Shown here: one piece after another, positions 24,001-39,000 of the stretch
Layout: each line of letters begins with the position of its first letter
How positions within the stretch are numbered: position 1 is the stretch's first letter
Source: Antedon mediterranea
Taxonomy: Eukaryota; Animalia; Echinodermata
DNA length: 64,000 nt
Reading direction: 5' to 3'
Assembly (NCBI RefSeq): GCF_964355755.1
Contig: NC_092670.1
Location: forward strand, 15,796,795 to 15,860,794
The notes under the pieces: generated by a model
What the model was told of the DNA's origin: nothing
The model's input: the letters and a program-made list of their open reading frames with translations, nothing else
Database searches by the model: none
Position numbers and translations under genes: made by a program

Positions 24001-27000
24001 TCAATAGTATTTATGTATTGATTTCAAATTTAGGGACAGGATCAAGATGTTATGGAACTGACAGCTGAAGACATAGAAGATATCAAAAGAGATGCCAGAA
24101 CCATCACATACAAGAATTACATGCAGCTGTGGCTTAAGCTTCTTGACAGTCCTTTCATGAAGGTTTTACATCTTTTAATATATACTGTATATTACCCAAG
24201 TATAATCCCATCATTGAGTATAATCCCAGCTACTAATCTGGGCTAAATTGTGACATAAATTGTGACGTATGGTAAATCCAATGCAATTTTAGTATAATCC
24301 TATAATTTTCCAAAGATTGCATAGTCAAGCCCTCTGGGACTATTTTGGATCATGTACAGTACTTTACCATACCACTTTTCCATGGTAGGGATATTATATA
24401 TAGTAAGTTATTTTGTATCGTTTTTTTAATGTTCATTTAACTTTCTGCAACCTGACTTTTCTTTTTCTAGGAGGTTGATGCATTTGGTACCAACTATCAG
24501 GAGCGATGTGAAATTCATAAGATGATATACAATGAACTTCTAACGTCTGTTCTTAAGATTCTACAAAAGCTGGACCTGACAGCCACAAAGAAGCAGACCA
24601 CTGAAGATGAGGTTAATCAGTGTCCTCTTACTATGCATCACATAAGCAGTTTACCAAATAAGGCTATCTCTATGTTTAGTCTTAATATGGAAGCCCACTG
24701 TAGTGTCATAGATTTTGTATGCAAGGTGTTGATGAAGTAGTTGATTAATACTTGTATCATAATAGTTTGGCAGCCAAGGTGCTCAACAAGCAGTAGTTTA
24801 AAGAGAGGTTTAGGGGACCTTGGACCCTACCTGTTATGGTAGATTTGACCTGCTGGACTTGCTTGCTGTACACTAAAAAAATGTTGAGAACCCCTGTGAT
24901 TAACTGTATTAATGTATGAGTAAACATTAGACAACTGTTGTTTGTCCAATTTTCATACTTTAGAAAAGAATTCTGAAAAATATCAGTAGATAATACCTTT
25001 GAAAATATTATTATAATAATTATATTATTTATCTTTTCTTTATCTCAGTTGTTAGATGAGCTTGCACCCTCTGGTGACATATCATCAGATCCAATAAATG
25101 GTCTACAACCATCAAATTACAAAGACTTCCAAATATTCATCAACTTGGTAGAGTTTTGTCGCGATATTCTGTCGGAAACTAAAGGAGCCCTTTTTGAGCA
25201 ATGGTTGTTAAAGTTCAGCCAGGAAATCATCATAATGTCTACACAGAAACCCCTCATTAGCGGCTTCTACAAGCTGTTAGCAGTGTGTATGACTTGTGCT
25301 CAAAGAATCTCATATTTTGAGGTAAAAGAAAGTTACTGCAGTAAATATACTGCAGCAACATATTTCATTTATTATCTGTTTTATTGCATTTAGTATCTGG
25401 TTGATTGCCTTATTCTCAATTACTGCAGTAAATCATACTGCAACACATTTCATTTATTATCTGTTTGATTGCATTTAATATCTGGTTGATTGCCTTATTC
25501 TCAATTACTGCAGTAAATCATACTGCAACACATTTCATTTATTATCTGTTTGATTGCATTTAATATCTGGTTTACTGCAGTAAACATACCAAAACACATT
25601 TATTTTTTGGTTGATTGTCTTCTAAACTGTTGTCTTCTCCAAATGAGAAGAATGAATATTTCAAAGATCTTGATGTATAGGATGCAACCACTATCCTTTC
25701 CTTACATTACATTATGCTATTTATATTTCAATTATTGCATTATGGCTAATTATCTTTTATCTGCTAGAGAAACAGTAATAATATTTTCTGTTTTATTCTA
25801 ATAGGACTGTAATGATGGTAATGAAGACAGTATGGACATAGCCTACACACAAAAACAAGAAGTGTCGCAGAATGAGAGAAAGATCTGTTTCACTTTGTTC
25901 ACTAAATTCTCACTGGAAGTGTTGACCCGACTGAAGTTGTTCAAGCATGACCTGCTTTTGGCCTGCCTTAACTATGTTCTGTCTCTTCCATACAAGATTG
26001 TGGAGGATATTCTTGAGCAGCTTATTCCTGTGATGAAGGTGAAATTATTACTTCAGTACATTAATTCATCCTTTGGGACAACTCTATTAAGTTGACACTT
26101 CTCTGTAAAATAAATGAGGGGCAATATATGTTTTTACACTACATGGCAAACACCATGGCAAACACCTACCCCATACCCCTATTAAAGCTTGGTTCGCAAC
26201 GTAAGAAAATGCCCTTCCAATAATTGTGTTTGCCCCCGCCTGCGTGAAATCAAACCTGCAATGTTTGCAGCACTGTTGCGTTGTCGGTTCCCACTTGTGA
26301 TTACACAATACAGCATCAATATGTCGTAGCGTTGTGTTACGTTGCGTTGCTAGTGGGAACAAATATTTGTTTATGAAATAAAAATTAAAGTTTTATTGAT
26401 TGATTTAACAAATTCAAATAATCAGCTATCTGTTTATTTATATAGATTACATTCAATCTAGGACTTGGTTATTTGAAAATAGCAGAGACTGGTCTATCTG
26501 CACTTAAGACTTGGACCAGTAACATTCCACAACATAAACTAAGACCACTGTACAATGAGGTCCTGCCAATTTTTGATGATTATTTAAGGGCATCAAGTAT
26601 AAAAGGTAGATTGAGAAAACAGTATATTGAATTTATTCAAAAAATAAAATGGAGAAAATATGACAAACATCTGTCTGTCTATTGTTTTTTAACATTAATA
26701 CATTTTAAAATAATTCTATTTTTTGATTTCATAAATACACGGATATGACTACTTTTTTTCATTCACTTTTTCATGGTGAATTCAACAGTACTATGCATGT
26801 AGTTTAGAACACGGTTTTGTTAATTGTTCTAAAATCAACAACTATTTTAAAAATCAGTAACAACCACCTGTGTGGAAACCGAATCTAAATCTTTGATTAT
26901 TACTCTCTGTCCAAACAGCCCAAGTCAAAGCTGAACAAATTTCAAGTAAAAGTGGATATCGTAGACATGGAGCAAGCCTTATCAAAATAAAGGAAACCTC

Positions 27001-30000
27001 TAGTCAGACTGAAGAAACACCATTGAAAAAGATACAACTAGGCATCCTAGATTTCCTAGGCTCACTGGGAGGACAAGTAAATTCATGTATGCTGAACACC
27101 AACAGTGAAGACATTGCGAGAATTGCTGTAGCCTGGGACAGGGAGCCAAGGTTACCATTTCCTGTACCATTTGTTGACATCAAACCAACTGTTAATCTAG
27201 GTATTGTGTTAATATTCTTTTTCTCTTTATAATCTTAGGAAGTTACTTCCTAAATAAAATGACATTCTACTCTTCAGAATATTTATTTGAATTTTTAATT
27301 TTTTAAACATTTTATTCATTTTTAATGTATAAATGTGTCTTTTTCCAGACCTATTCTTACCAAGAATTGTAGAGTTGGCTTTGAGTTCTGGTGGTAACAG
27401 ACAGACAAAAGTAAGATTATTCTTTGTCTCATTCTCAACTAAATGAATTTGTTGCCAACAATTAGTTTCACTATTTTTTTTTGCTTTAGGTTGCAGCATG
27501 TGAATCATTGCATACAATTGTTTTATACATGCTGGGCCGTGGAAACCAGCAAACAGGAGAAGCCCAAGCAAAGGTAACTAATGCAAAAACAGTTCTTGAT
27601 CCTACAGTCCATCATTATAGGATCTTTGGCCGTGTGAAATTACTGAAAGAATGTGGTTATTAATGTATTTCTGCATTTACAGTAATATATATATTGTTTA
27701 TAATTTCAGAGCCCCATGCAGAATCTCTATAAAAGAGTATTCCCTGCTCTGTTACAACTAGCTTGTGATGTCGAGGAGGTTGCCAAGCAACTGTTTGAAC
27801 CATTTGTAATGCAGCTCATCCATTGGTTTACAAACAACAGAAAGTTTGAAAGCGAAGAGACTATGTCGCTCCTGGATGCCATCTTGGATGGTATCGTTCA
27901 TCCTACAGACACAGCCTTGCGTGACTACAGCGCTAAATGTGTGAAAGAGTTCTTGAAGTGGTCTATCAAACAAACTACAAAAGCTCAGCAGGAGAAATCG
28001 CCAATTAATGCAAAGTCACTTCTGAAGAGACTTTACAGCATGGCACTTCATCCAAATGTCTTCAAAAGACTTGGTGCTGCACTGGCTTTTAATAGTATAT
28101 ACACAGTATTTAGGTAGGTTCGCATAATAGGTGCTTATTAATGTACTGTTGGTTGGCTGATCTTGCCTTGTTAAATAGTTCACAAATAATGAATGTTTAT
28201 GAGTGTAATGGTACAAATAATTGCATGACCTTTCTATAGTGCATACTATTGCATGCCATGTGACCCACAATCGTCAAATGAAAGGAATTTATTTAGGTAC
28301 TTGGGTCATTTCTAGTACTTTTGGATTAGCTATCTCTCCCAATACTGACCATTCTTTGGCTGTACCTGGTTTTCAAGCAATTCTGGTATTCCAAATGTGT
28401 TGGAGCTTTTTGATTTAAAATGAATATTTTGGAGCATTTCTGGTTTTAAGAGAGTGTAGTATTGTAAGATTTGACTATAACCATGATCATTTTTTCCGGT
28501 AGAGAGGAAGATTCACTAGTTGACATGTTTACATTTGAAACTGTTGTGGTGTATATTAGAAGCCTTGCATTGGCACACTATGATGACAAGTCAGTCGGTA
28601 GGTCTTTTCAACTTATTTTTCTATACATTCTATACATGTTGTAATAGGACATGTTAGTGTAACATTTTCTGTGGTATACACAATAGGAACACAAGAACAA
28701 GCCAGTGAGGTATTGAAACATCTTGGACGAATTATGAAAGAGAAAGCCAGTATATTTAACAAGCAAAGCAAGCACAGGAGAGTGCCCAGGTAAGAAAGGT
28801 TGGTCTAGGGTGATATTGGTCAAAAATTGTATGCCAAAATATCAAGTGTATTCTCATTTATATGCTGAAGGTCAGATGTACACACTTTCAGGGAAATGGT
28901 TATGTTCTTTTAGTATGGGGAATTTTAAGAATGTGTTTTTTTTTTCTGTTCTTAGAGGCTTTCCACTAGACCTGTCTCCAACGCTTAGTCACATGGTTTT
29001 GTTTCTGTTATCTGAATGTGGGCGACCTCAGACTGAATGCCGCCACCAGTGTATGACCTTAGTTAGCCTACTGACGCCGTTACAACCAGGCATGTTGTCT
29101 ATCTCTTAACCTCTGTCTACATTATCAAACTATTTTGACAAAAAAAGTGTTATGTACCAAAATACGGTGGTGATATGCCCAACTATGGTAGTGATATGAC
29201 ATCATCATGTATATATATATACTGTATATGGGTACTTTGTATTTTACAAGAATTTTATTAGATCATTTAATGTTTGTTTTCCATACCAGGTGGAAATACA
29301 ACTTCTGATTGGATGAGAAATACATTGAAGGAAAAAGGACCAGACTATTTCACTTCTAGGTACAGTAAATCTGTTTTCTAGTTATAATTTTCAAAGAATA
29401 GATTATTGTCATTTATATAAATTATAATTTGATGATAATAATAATAACTCAATTTTATATAGCAATAAACACACATCATTCTCACATCGTTTTACACTAT
29501 TTAGGGTACAGCAAAGACAACAACATTTAATTTAATAAAACAACTTTTTTAAATGGGTTTTTTGATGGGATTTTAAAATGTTATGCTATACTATGTTGAT
29601 TTGATCAATATATGGTAATATTTAGATTTGAGGGTGGTGGAGGAACAGGGGTGTCTGTGGGAGGTATCAGGAAGCACCCAACACTGGCATCTATGTCAAA
29701 TAAATTTACACTGAAAGCCAGCACACGCTGGTTTGACCATCTACTTGCTGCGTTGGACTGCTACTGTTGGTCTTTTGGCGAGAGCTTAATTACTCCAAAT
29801 GATGTGTTTACAGGTAAGAAAGTACTTCTGCAGTGTTAATCGCATTTTTATGCTGCAGTAATCTATGACAGTTCTGCAGTACAAGTGAAATGCTTTGTAT
29901 TTTATTTAGTCAATGTTCTTTATTTTTGAGTATCTTCAGTGTGTCATTTAAAAAAATGACTTTTCTTTCCATGATTCTGTTTCTACCACACTTTGCAAAA

Positions 30001-33000
30001 TTATTTATCTTTTGTCTCTTGTCTTCCACCTTTTTTCTTGTCTTGACCATATAATTAAATGATGATATTTAACATGTTGGATTCAGAGATGCAAATGCAA
30101 TTAAAAAGGTGTTTGCATTTAAATTTTAGGAAAGAATGGTAAATCTCTGTTTGCGTCTTTGGAATTCTTTCTGCACAAGCTGGCCATGTCAGACATCACT
30201 GCAGCAACTCGTATGTTCCGCATCAATTCCTCGGATACATTTACTCCGCAAGAAAATGAAGAGTATGACTATGCCAAGTGTACACTGACTGTTAGAGTGT
30301 TTGACTTCTTGACTGTTGTGCTTATGCGGTCGTCTGATATCCAAAAGGTATATTTTTGCTGCATCTAAAGCTCTGTCTACACTACGTGTAGAAAGAGATA
30401 AAATCTAATCCACTGGACTTATCTACATTATCAAATTTTATGTGACATGATGATGTCATATCACTACTATATTTGGGCATATCACTACCATATTTCGGTG
30501 TCTGTGTCTACACTATCAAACTGGTTTGACAAAAAAAAGTGTGATGCGGTGGTGATATTCCTAAATATGGTAGTGATAAGACATCATCGTGTCCATATTT
30601 GGGCACATCACATTTTTTTAGACAGAGCCTAATATAATGAATAATTTTAGCATAAATTGCAGTAAGATTAATTTATCTTATAGGTGTTGCCTCCTAAAAT
30701 TCTCAATGAAGATCTAATTGGTTTGATTGTATCCTGCATCTTGGAACCATGTAGTGTAGGATTCAACATGGCTGACATCATGGTGTCAAACAATCTACCA
30801 AAAAGAGTAAGTGTGAAAAAAGAAAATTCAAACTATTATTTCATTTATTTTAGTTTAATTATTAACTTAGCATTAATATCAAACTTGTCTTTCAGACCTG
30901 CAGTCTCCTTAAATTACTCATGGATAAAGTTCCTTCTCTACGAAACAAGATAGAATCATTCATCAAAGAAAAACTAGTTAAAAACAAGTATGTAGTTCTT
31001 TACATATTATTATTTTATATGTAGTGTACCCTTGCCTTCCAATCCCAAGGTCCAGGTATCATTCTTAACCTAGTTTCAGGGTCGTAACTCTTGGACTATA
31101 ATATAAACAAGTTTTTATCAAGAAAAGTGGTTTTCTGTTTTTTATATACCTATGAAATAAAATATAAAATTAGCATTTTTTTTCTTTCAGAAATCTCAAC
31201 ATATTTAGTCGGTTGAATTCTTTATTCACTGACCCAGAGTCTGATTACACTACGCTTGGCCATCTTATATCTGGTTATGAACAGCTCCACAAAGTTGGTT
31301 TACTTGTACCAGTTGTAACCAAGGTATGGTTGTAACCTTTACATAATTATTAACACCTTCAAAACACAATGAAGTGTCCCCTGAATAGGGGTTGGCCGTA
31401 ATGTTTAAAGATACATTGTCACTAATTTTTTTCATGCAAAAGTGACTCCTCAAATCAGGTTTTCCCCTAAATAGGAGTTTCACAAAGTGTTCTATTTAAA
31501 TTGTTCCAGATTGCTGTAGTCTATTCTTACCATAATGATTTTTACGTTAAATTGACAGATATGTCAAAGAGGTCAATCCCCAATAAACCTTGCAAACCAA
31601 GTACTTGACTGTGTTTTCAAGTCACTTTTCGTTACTCAAGATGGATGCGTGGTAACCAGTAAGCCAACTCCTATGGCTTTGGATCTCAGACAACAACTGT
31701 TGAAACTGGCATTTGCAATTGGTGTAAAGGTAACCTTTATGTTAATAATATTTATTCTGTTACCAATAAAATAATAACCAGGAGTTAGGCAGTCTTTAAG
31801 TATGCATGATTTACATTTCTTCACAGACTAAATTTCTTGTGAGTTTTCTGAGAATCAAAGACCAAGTATCCAGCAGTTCCAACCCATCCAAGGGTGGAAC
31901 CATCACCAAGGGAGCGGTTTTCTTCACTACATTCAAGACGGCAATCAACTGCGAGTTTATGATGGATGTGAACGAGGTCATAAAGTTACTGATGCATGAA
32001 CTTGACGATGACCCGCAACAGACTTGCAGCATTATGGGTTCTATACTGCAATACATCATTAACGACAAACAACTTCGAAAGAAGTGAGAACATAATTTAT
32101 TATGAAGATGAAAAGTTACTTGAAGTGACGTTAATTGCCATAATGTTACTGAAGTAACTAAATAAAGAATAATAGTAGTAGTATAATTACTGCAGCAATA
32201 ATTCTGTTAGTATCTAAATATTATACGATTTTTTTAAAGTAACTATTAAAGATTGGTATATAGATACTCATTGGAAACTTTTTATTAATATATATAGATA
32301 TGGAACTAGCATTGTGAATTCGGTTTTATCAAATTGGAACAAATTGCGGCCATGGTGGATAGCAGGAAGCACTCGTGAAATGAAATCCGCTTGTTTGCTT
32401 TTGCTGAAAAGTTTACTGCAAATAGATTCAAAGGTACTGTATTCCCTTTTTCTTATGGATTTATAAATATATATGTATTTTAAATGGAGAGAGGCAGAAT
32501 ACATCATTCTTTGTCGTCCATGATTTTGTTATGGTTGTTACATTTCTTTATTGTTTTATTGTATTTATATAGATCATATGAACAGCAAAGTTGAATATCA
32601 ATAATCTTGACTTCAAATCAAATCTATACTAATTGCACCTTTTCTTTCAATTATAACTTTTTTTATTTTCTAGTTTGCGTCGGACTGTAAACATCCATCA
32701 TTTAGCTGCATCTTCAAGATGTTTCAACAATTGCTTTGTGATAAAAAGTCACCTTTGACCTTTAAAGCTCAATTGTTGGAGGTTCTATATTTCTTTACTC
32801 AAGTTCCTGAACCACATCTCACAGAGTTGAAGTAAATATTTTTATTTGTTTTGGGAATATGACACTCCCTTTTTATATATGATATTAATTTCAAAAGTGT
32901 ATGGCACACATTATTTTTTAACATTAATTTCAAATTCAAAATAACCTTTAATTAGTTTCTTTTAAGATTTAAACAATAATGGAATAAATAAGATATAATA

Positions 33001-36000
33001 TATAGACATAATTATATTTTATATATTAATTTCAGAGAAAGCCTAGATGAATTTGTAACTTATAACTTTCCATTGAGTTCAACTGAGTTTAATGTTGGTA
33101 CAACAAAACATAATGATTACATCACAGCATTGAATAAGGTACATATACTTAATAAATTAATCAATTCCAGAGTGGAGCTGTGGCTTAGTGGTATACAATA
33201 CATGTAGAGCATCTTGTGTATGTTTGTTTCTCTCTGTTTTAACATGATTGTCATCTTTAAGAAGGATAGTGAATTAATTCGCTTATGTTATCCATGGCAA
33301 TTTGCCTATATAAACAAACAAAACAAAACTTTGGATAATTTTATATGCAGTGGATTCTTAGAAAATGACTTGAAATATGTATTTTGGTTGTTTCTCCAGC
33401 TTTTAACAGCTCTGGTTTTTTCGGGATCAATGATGTTACTGCAGGTCATCATCATCGTCGTTTGCCGTGAAGAAAAGCATGTTCATGAGAATTGCATTCA
33501 AGAAACGTTTGCCGCTTTTATCAAAAGGTTAGTAATATAATAAACTGCATGTTAATCTGTACAATTATTGGTCTTTCTGTTGGAAATATCTCTCCATTCC
33601 CTGGACCAGACTGTTTACTTTCTGAACCAGATCTCTCAACATCTCTGTGGACTAGAGCTAAACATTATCTTGACCTGGTCAAAATGTCTTTTACAGAAAT
33701 TTGTGTTCTAATTTTACTTTGTAGACTTCAACCAGAAGAGCAAGAAAAATCATTCAATGTGGCATTTGAGATATTTCTCAAAGAATCCAGTCCGCCAAAG
33801 GAATTGCGTCGTTCAACCATTGAACGCGTCTGTATTCCAATGCTTAGGCTCTCCAGCAGTACTGCAGTCAAAAAATTCTTCACATCTCATATTAAAAAAA
33901 TTCTGGGAATCATTGAAGCAAAACAAACAAAGGTCAGAAAACTCCCTCTATACTAAATGTTTTATGAGTTTACAAGTTTTTACATTCTTATAATTTATTT
34001 CTGTTCATCAACATTTTTTTGTGGTGTAAACACCAGTTTTATTTACATTATTATCATACTTATTCTACAATGTATACAATGAATTTGTCAGACCACCATA
34101 ATTTAAAATACATTTACTTCATAATAATAGCCTGTGAAAAGCTACTAAAAATATCTCGCCTGTTTAAAGATAATTTCTAAATAATTACAGTTAGGCCCAC
34201 ACTAGAAAACTGATAAGATCTTGTTTTTGTATGAAAAATATTAATAATTTATATATATAATAATATTTTTCCCTTTCTATCTAGTATCCTGAATCAACCT
34301 TTGAGACTCAACTTGTGTCCAAGATTTGCTGTTTCCAGTTAGTAGAAATCATGTATTCACGTCTTACAAAAGAAGAATTACGCTCGCCAAGCTCGGAGAT
34401 CAATAAAGCTTTCTGTGGCTTAGACAATACTAAAGGAGAAGAGCTTACAAGGACTATTTCTAAGTACATTTTTTTACCTTCTGCATGTATTTTATTCCTT
34501 TTCCACGCCAACGGTAAACTCCAGGTTTGCCAAAATGATATTCCTAGCTTTGTAATACCTTATGCGATCTCTCCATTTTTGGTTGGTCTATCTCTGGGTC
34601 TTTTCCCATTTTAACTTACCGTACTACAATTAAATTTAGCTATTAAATCTTATTTACAATAGAATCAGCCGTACAGTAATGGTAGAAGATGTCCGTGGTG
34701 AGTCGGTTGCCAAGGAACTAAGACGACAACTTCACTGTATGGCTTACAATACCATGATGGCTGTAGTATGCTGTACTCAAACTGACCTGAAATTTTACAA
34801 TGCTTTCCTATTCAATGATAATGCCGCTAAGGTAAATTTGTTTTAATCATTATATTTCATGTAAAATAAATAAATATAGTATCTGCAATGATAGGTATTT
34901 TTTTTATGACTATTTTATACTATTATTTCTAACATTTTTCAACTTAATTTATAGTTTTATATGTTTACTGATGACAAGAAATTTCGTATAGGGAACTAAT
35001 AAATTAATCGAATAGAAGGAAATTGTAGATGCTAATTATTTCAGGAAATGAAATTTCAGCCCCTGTCGTTTGGTTGCAGCACTCGACACGATGGAACCCT
35101 TAGGGGAGTTGAAAGTTGTGGTATGTGCATCCACACCTGTGCGCAATTCAGCCCAGTAGGTTACATGTCGCAAGTTATTCCCCCATTTACATTTACAAAT
35201 AATCTGTACTGTAAATATTATAGTTAAAACCGTTGTTTACTTACAGGGTCAGTTATTGTTTGAAAACATCATTGATTCTAGACGAGAATACAAGTTTGAA
35301 ATTGAATACGATTCACAGCCTGAGAGAAAGAAGCGGTACATTGCAATACGCAATCAAGCTAGAGCAAGCACCAGCAGTGGACAAGAAGGTGGTAAGGTGT
35401 TTGTATGCAAGTAATCGCATACATTTGTACAGTGCAGTGTGAAGCTCTGTCTACACTATCAACCTTTATGTGAAAAAATTATGATGTGCCCATATATAGA
35501 AACAAATCACTACCATATTTGGGCACATCACACTTCTTTGGTCAAACTAGTTTGATAGTGTAAACATAGCTTCAGAATAGTAGGAAACAGTGACACACAG
35601 TTGTTGTTAATATTATGTACTTCTTATTTTTATGTTTAGAATCCATTCATTACCTGTCATCTCAATACTTAGCAGACAGTAGTCTGAGCGAAGACATCCA
35701 GCGGTTTGATTTTACCAGTTCAAGGCAGTTTACACCAAGTATTGATAGTATGTCACAAGCAGACGACAGTAGGGAATCAACCAATAAGGAAGCTTCATCT
35801 TCAGAGGTAAGGTAGTTCTCAGTCGTGTCCTCCAAGTTCAAATGTCATAGGTTGTTAACTCTACTTTTACCTTTTTCAGACTCCAGCATCTGCTATGGTC
35901 TATGGTGACTCAGTCGTTATGGAAGATGATGCCCTCAATCAGCATGAATGCATGGCATCGCTGGTTGGACTTTTAAATCACATGAAGGCTAACATAATGG

Positions 36001-39000
36001 TGCAGACTGCGCAGGTCAGTCTACTGAATATGCTAATTATTGAGAATATTCATTGTTACTCTGGAAGTATACAGTAGTATAGTATCCTAAAACTAAGTAT
36101 CATCTCATCATCCTATGCTGTGCAGAACCTCATTTGAATATAGTCGCACATGGTTGAATTGAAGTGAATTGACCCACAGGGCCCAATGGCTGGCATGTAC
36201 TTGTACACAGGGGTAACCCCCTACTGTACTTTGTACTAGGTTCTTTAAAGTGCACATGAGCTAGATGTGTACACTGGACCTATGGTTTATAGTCTTTATC
36301 CGAGAAGACTTTGAGCGAATGAGCCTCGAACCCATGCCGATGTTATGGTTACGTAATTATGGTTCCACTGTCTTAACCGCTTGGCTACTCACTCACCTCA
36401 AGTATCTTGGCATGTTAGTATCTGCTTTATGCTGTTTTCTGTAGAATAATTAATGCTTATTTGTTTGTCCTTATTTGTTAATAGGGAAGTCAGAGCAGCA
36501 ACATGCCAGGCTGGATGTCATGGCTTAACCAGAAGGCAAGGACATCAGGTGACCTGGGAATCAAACTGTTTATATCAAGGCTTATTGTTAATATTCCAGA
36601 GGTATAACTTAAAATGCATATTTTGTTTTATCTGCAGTCTACCTTGTATACAACTTGTTAATAGAAATAGTTATTTATTTGCCACTGTGTATGTTTGTTT
36701 TTAGTAATTTTGATTCTATAAATATAAAAATACCATAAAACACAATCGATTCTAGATGACTCATTTAATCCTTAACTCACAGATGAAATAGTTGGGGTCC
36801 TAAAAACATGTGAGCAAGTTTTTGAAAAAGCAATAGTGAATTATCAGATATACAATCCTTTAGACAATAAAATACAAAATTCCTTTATTTTCTTAAAAAA
36901 ATTAACATTAGCAACAAAATTATTTTCTTATAAGTAACATGAGTAATTATTTTTTAACACTAAATTTTTGTTTATTTTGATTCTATAGATTTTCGAACCA
37001 TATGCACAACATTGGTTTAGCCCTCTAATGAGCCTGATCATTGAGGGCAGTGGTAGTGATGGCATCCATAGCTTGGTTGTAGATATCATGGTTGTCATGC
37101 TACAGTGGACACCAGTAGCAATTCCACAAGAGCGAGCTATTGCTAATCGTTTGGTGGAGTTTCTTATGTTCTACAGTTACCATGAAACTAGACCAGTACT
37201 CCGGCGTAACCTTGATCTTATTAAGACTACAATAGAATGCTGGAAACCGGTTCTGAATATATCAACAAGGTATGTAGACATTTTAGGCTAACCCACAGCT
37301 CCCGCAGGTATCTTGTAAAAAAAAATTGTAATAGGCCTAGACTATTTTGTATTTTATTGTTAGTATTAGTATTCATATTTAAGTATCAACAACATTTATT
37401 TAGAAACAGTTTATGAAATAAAAACAGCATACATTAATTACAATAACTTAAAATGGTGACATTAAATAAGAACTGTTTCAGGGATCAGAAAAAAAAGTAA
37501 AAGAACTTGTCAAATACCAACCCCTAAACAAACCCTTAAATATTTGTTTATTGAATACAAATTCAACAAGTACAAGGTATTATAAATGTGGCTTTAAAAG
37601 GTCTTTCATTCATTTTCGATTTGTTTAGTGTTGTGATGAGCAGCTTTTCCATTGGAGACTGTAATGATTTGAAAAGATCTGTCGGAATTCAATTACTTGG
37701 AGTTGTGTTGGCCAACAATCTTCCACCAATTAGCCCATCATCACATGTTGATGAAGAAGTGTATGTAGATAAAAAAATGTTTATACATATCTATGATTTT
37801 AATAATATTAACTTTATTCTTGAGACATTTATGAAAATAGAAAGACGACATAATATGATTATATTATCATATTACTGTAGGTATTATTATCATATTATAA
37901 TCATTATGATAAAATCCTGTGAGAGAAAACATTGAGACTCTTATTTACTTAAAATGCCAATTTGTCTATGTTCTACTCCATAGTCAAAATCCTTTTTAAT
38001 GGCCTAGGATCCCTTCTAGCCTTTGACATTAATTCAATATGGAAACTTCGAACTAATTTCAAAATGAAATTTTATGATAAATGAAAAATACAACAATTTA
38101 GCCACTTTAAATACAGGGCTGTAACCAGCATGAGGCAGAATTTTCATCACCCACCCAATTCTCCAGCACAGATCATCATTTTTTATATTAATAATTATAT
38201 TTCTTCATTTTTGCATCTTTTCCTCGTCCGCTTTTAACCTCTCGCTATTGAAATGTCTTGTACTGAAATGAAATAAATATTGTTTACACAGATTTTATAG
38301 CAAACTCACTAGCAATCTTTCATGCAAATACAAGCAGGTTCATGCACCAACAGCTGAGGTCATTGGAATGATAATGAAACGGATGAAAGATGAAGACCGA
38401 TTGGTTGATGGAATGATACACAGAAACACTGAAAAAGAGTTGACCGCACTGCACTCTACACGAAAGGAAATCTTTATTACTTGCATGGACAAAATCTGTC
38501 TACATTTTCCATATTTTGCTGACCGGTAAGTTTTTCTTTATTTTGTGATATGCCCATATAACCTCTGAAAATGTGATATGCCCAAATATTCACTACCATA
38601 TTTGGACAGTTTTTGTCAAACTAGTTTGATGCTGTAAACAGAGCTTAAGGTATATCATTCAACCTTGATTTGAACCAAACATTCTGTGATTTGTAAGCAC
38701 AAAACTACAATACTACTACTTAAAATACAGATGAAAATATAAAGTTTGCAGTATAAAACATATGTTTAGTTCTGAAAAGAACTGTTAAGTTTCTGGACAA
38801 TTTGTTAAATATAACTATATAAAAACATAATTTTTTGAAAAATAACATTTTTATATCTCCTTTAGGTTCATGCATAAAATACTCTTTGACTTGCCGTCTT
38901 TGCATGGACAACCCAAAGTGCAATGCGTGGACATCCTTGTTTCCAGGGTTGAGGCGATTGAAAACGTTTACATCATGATGAAGAATATTGGTATAGTAGA

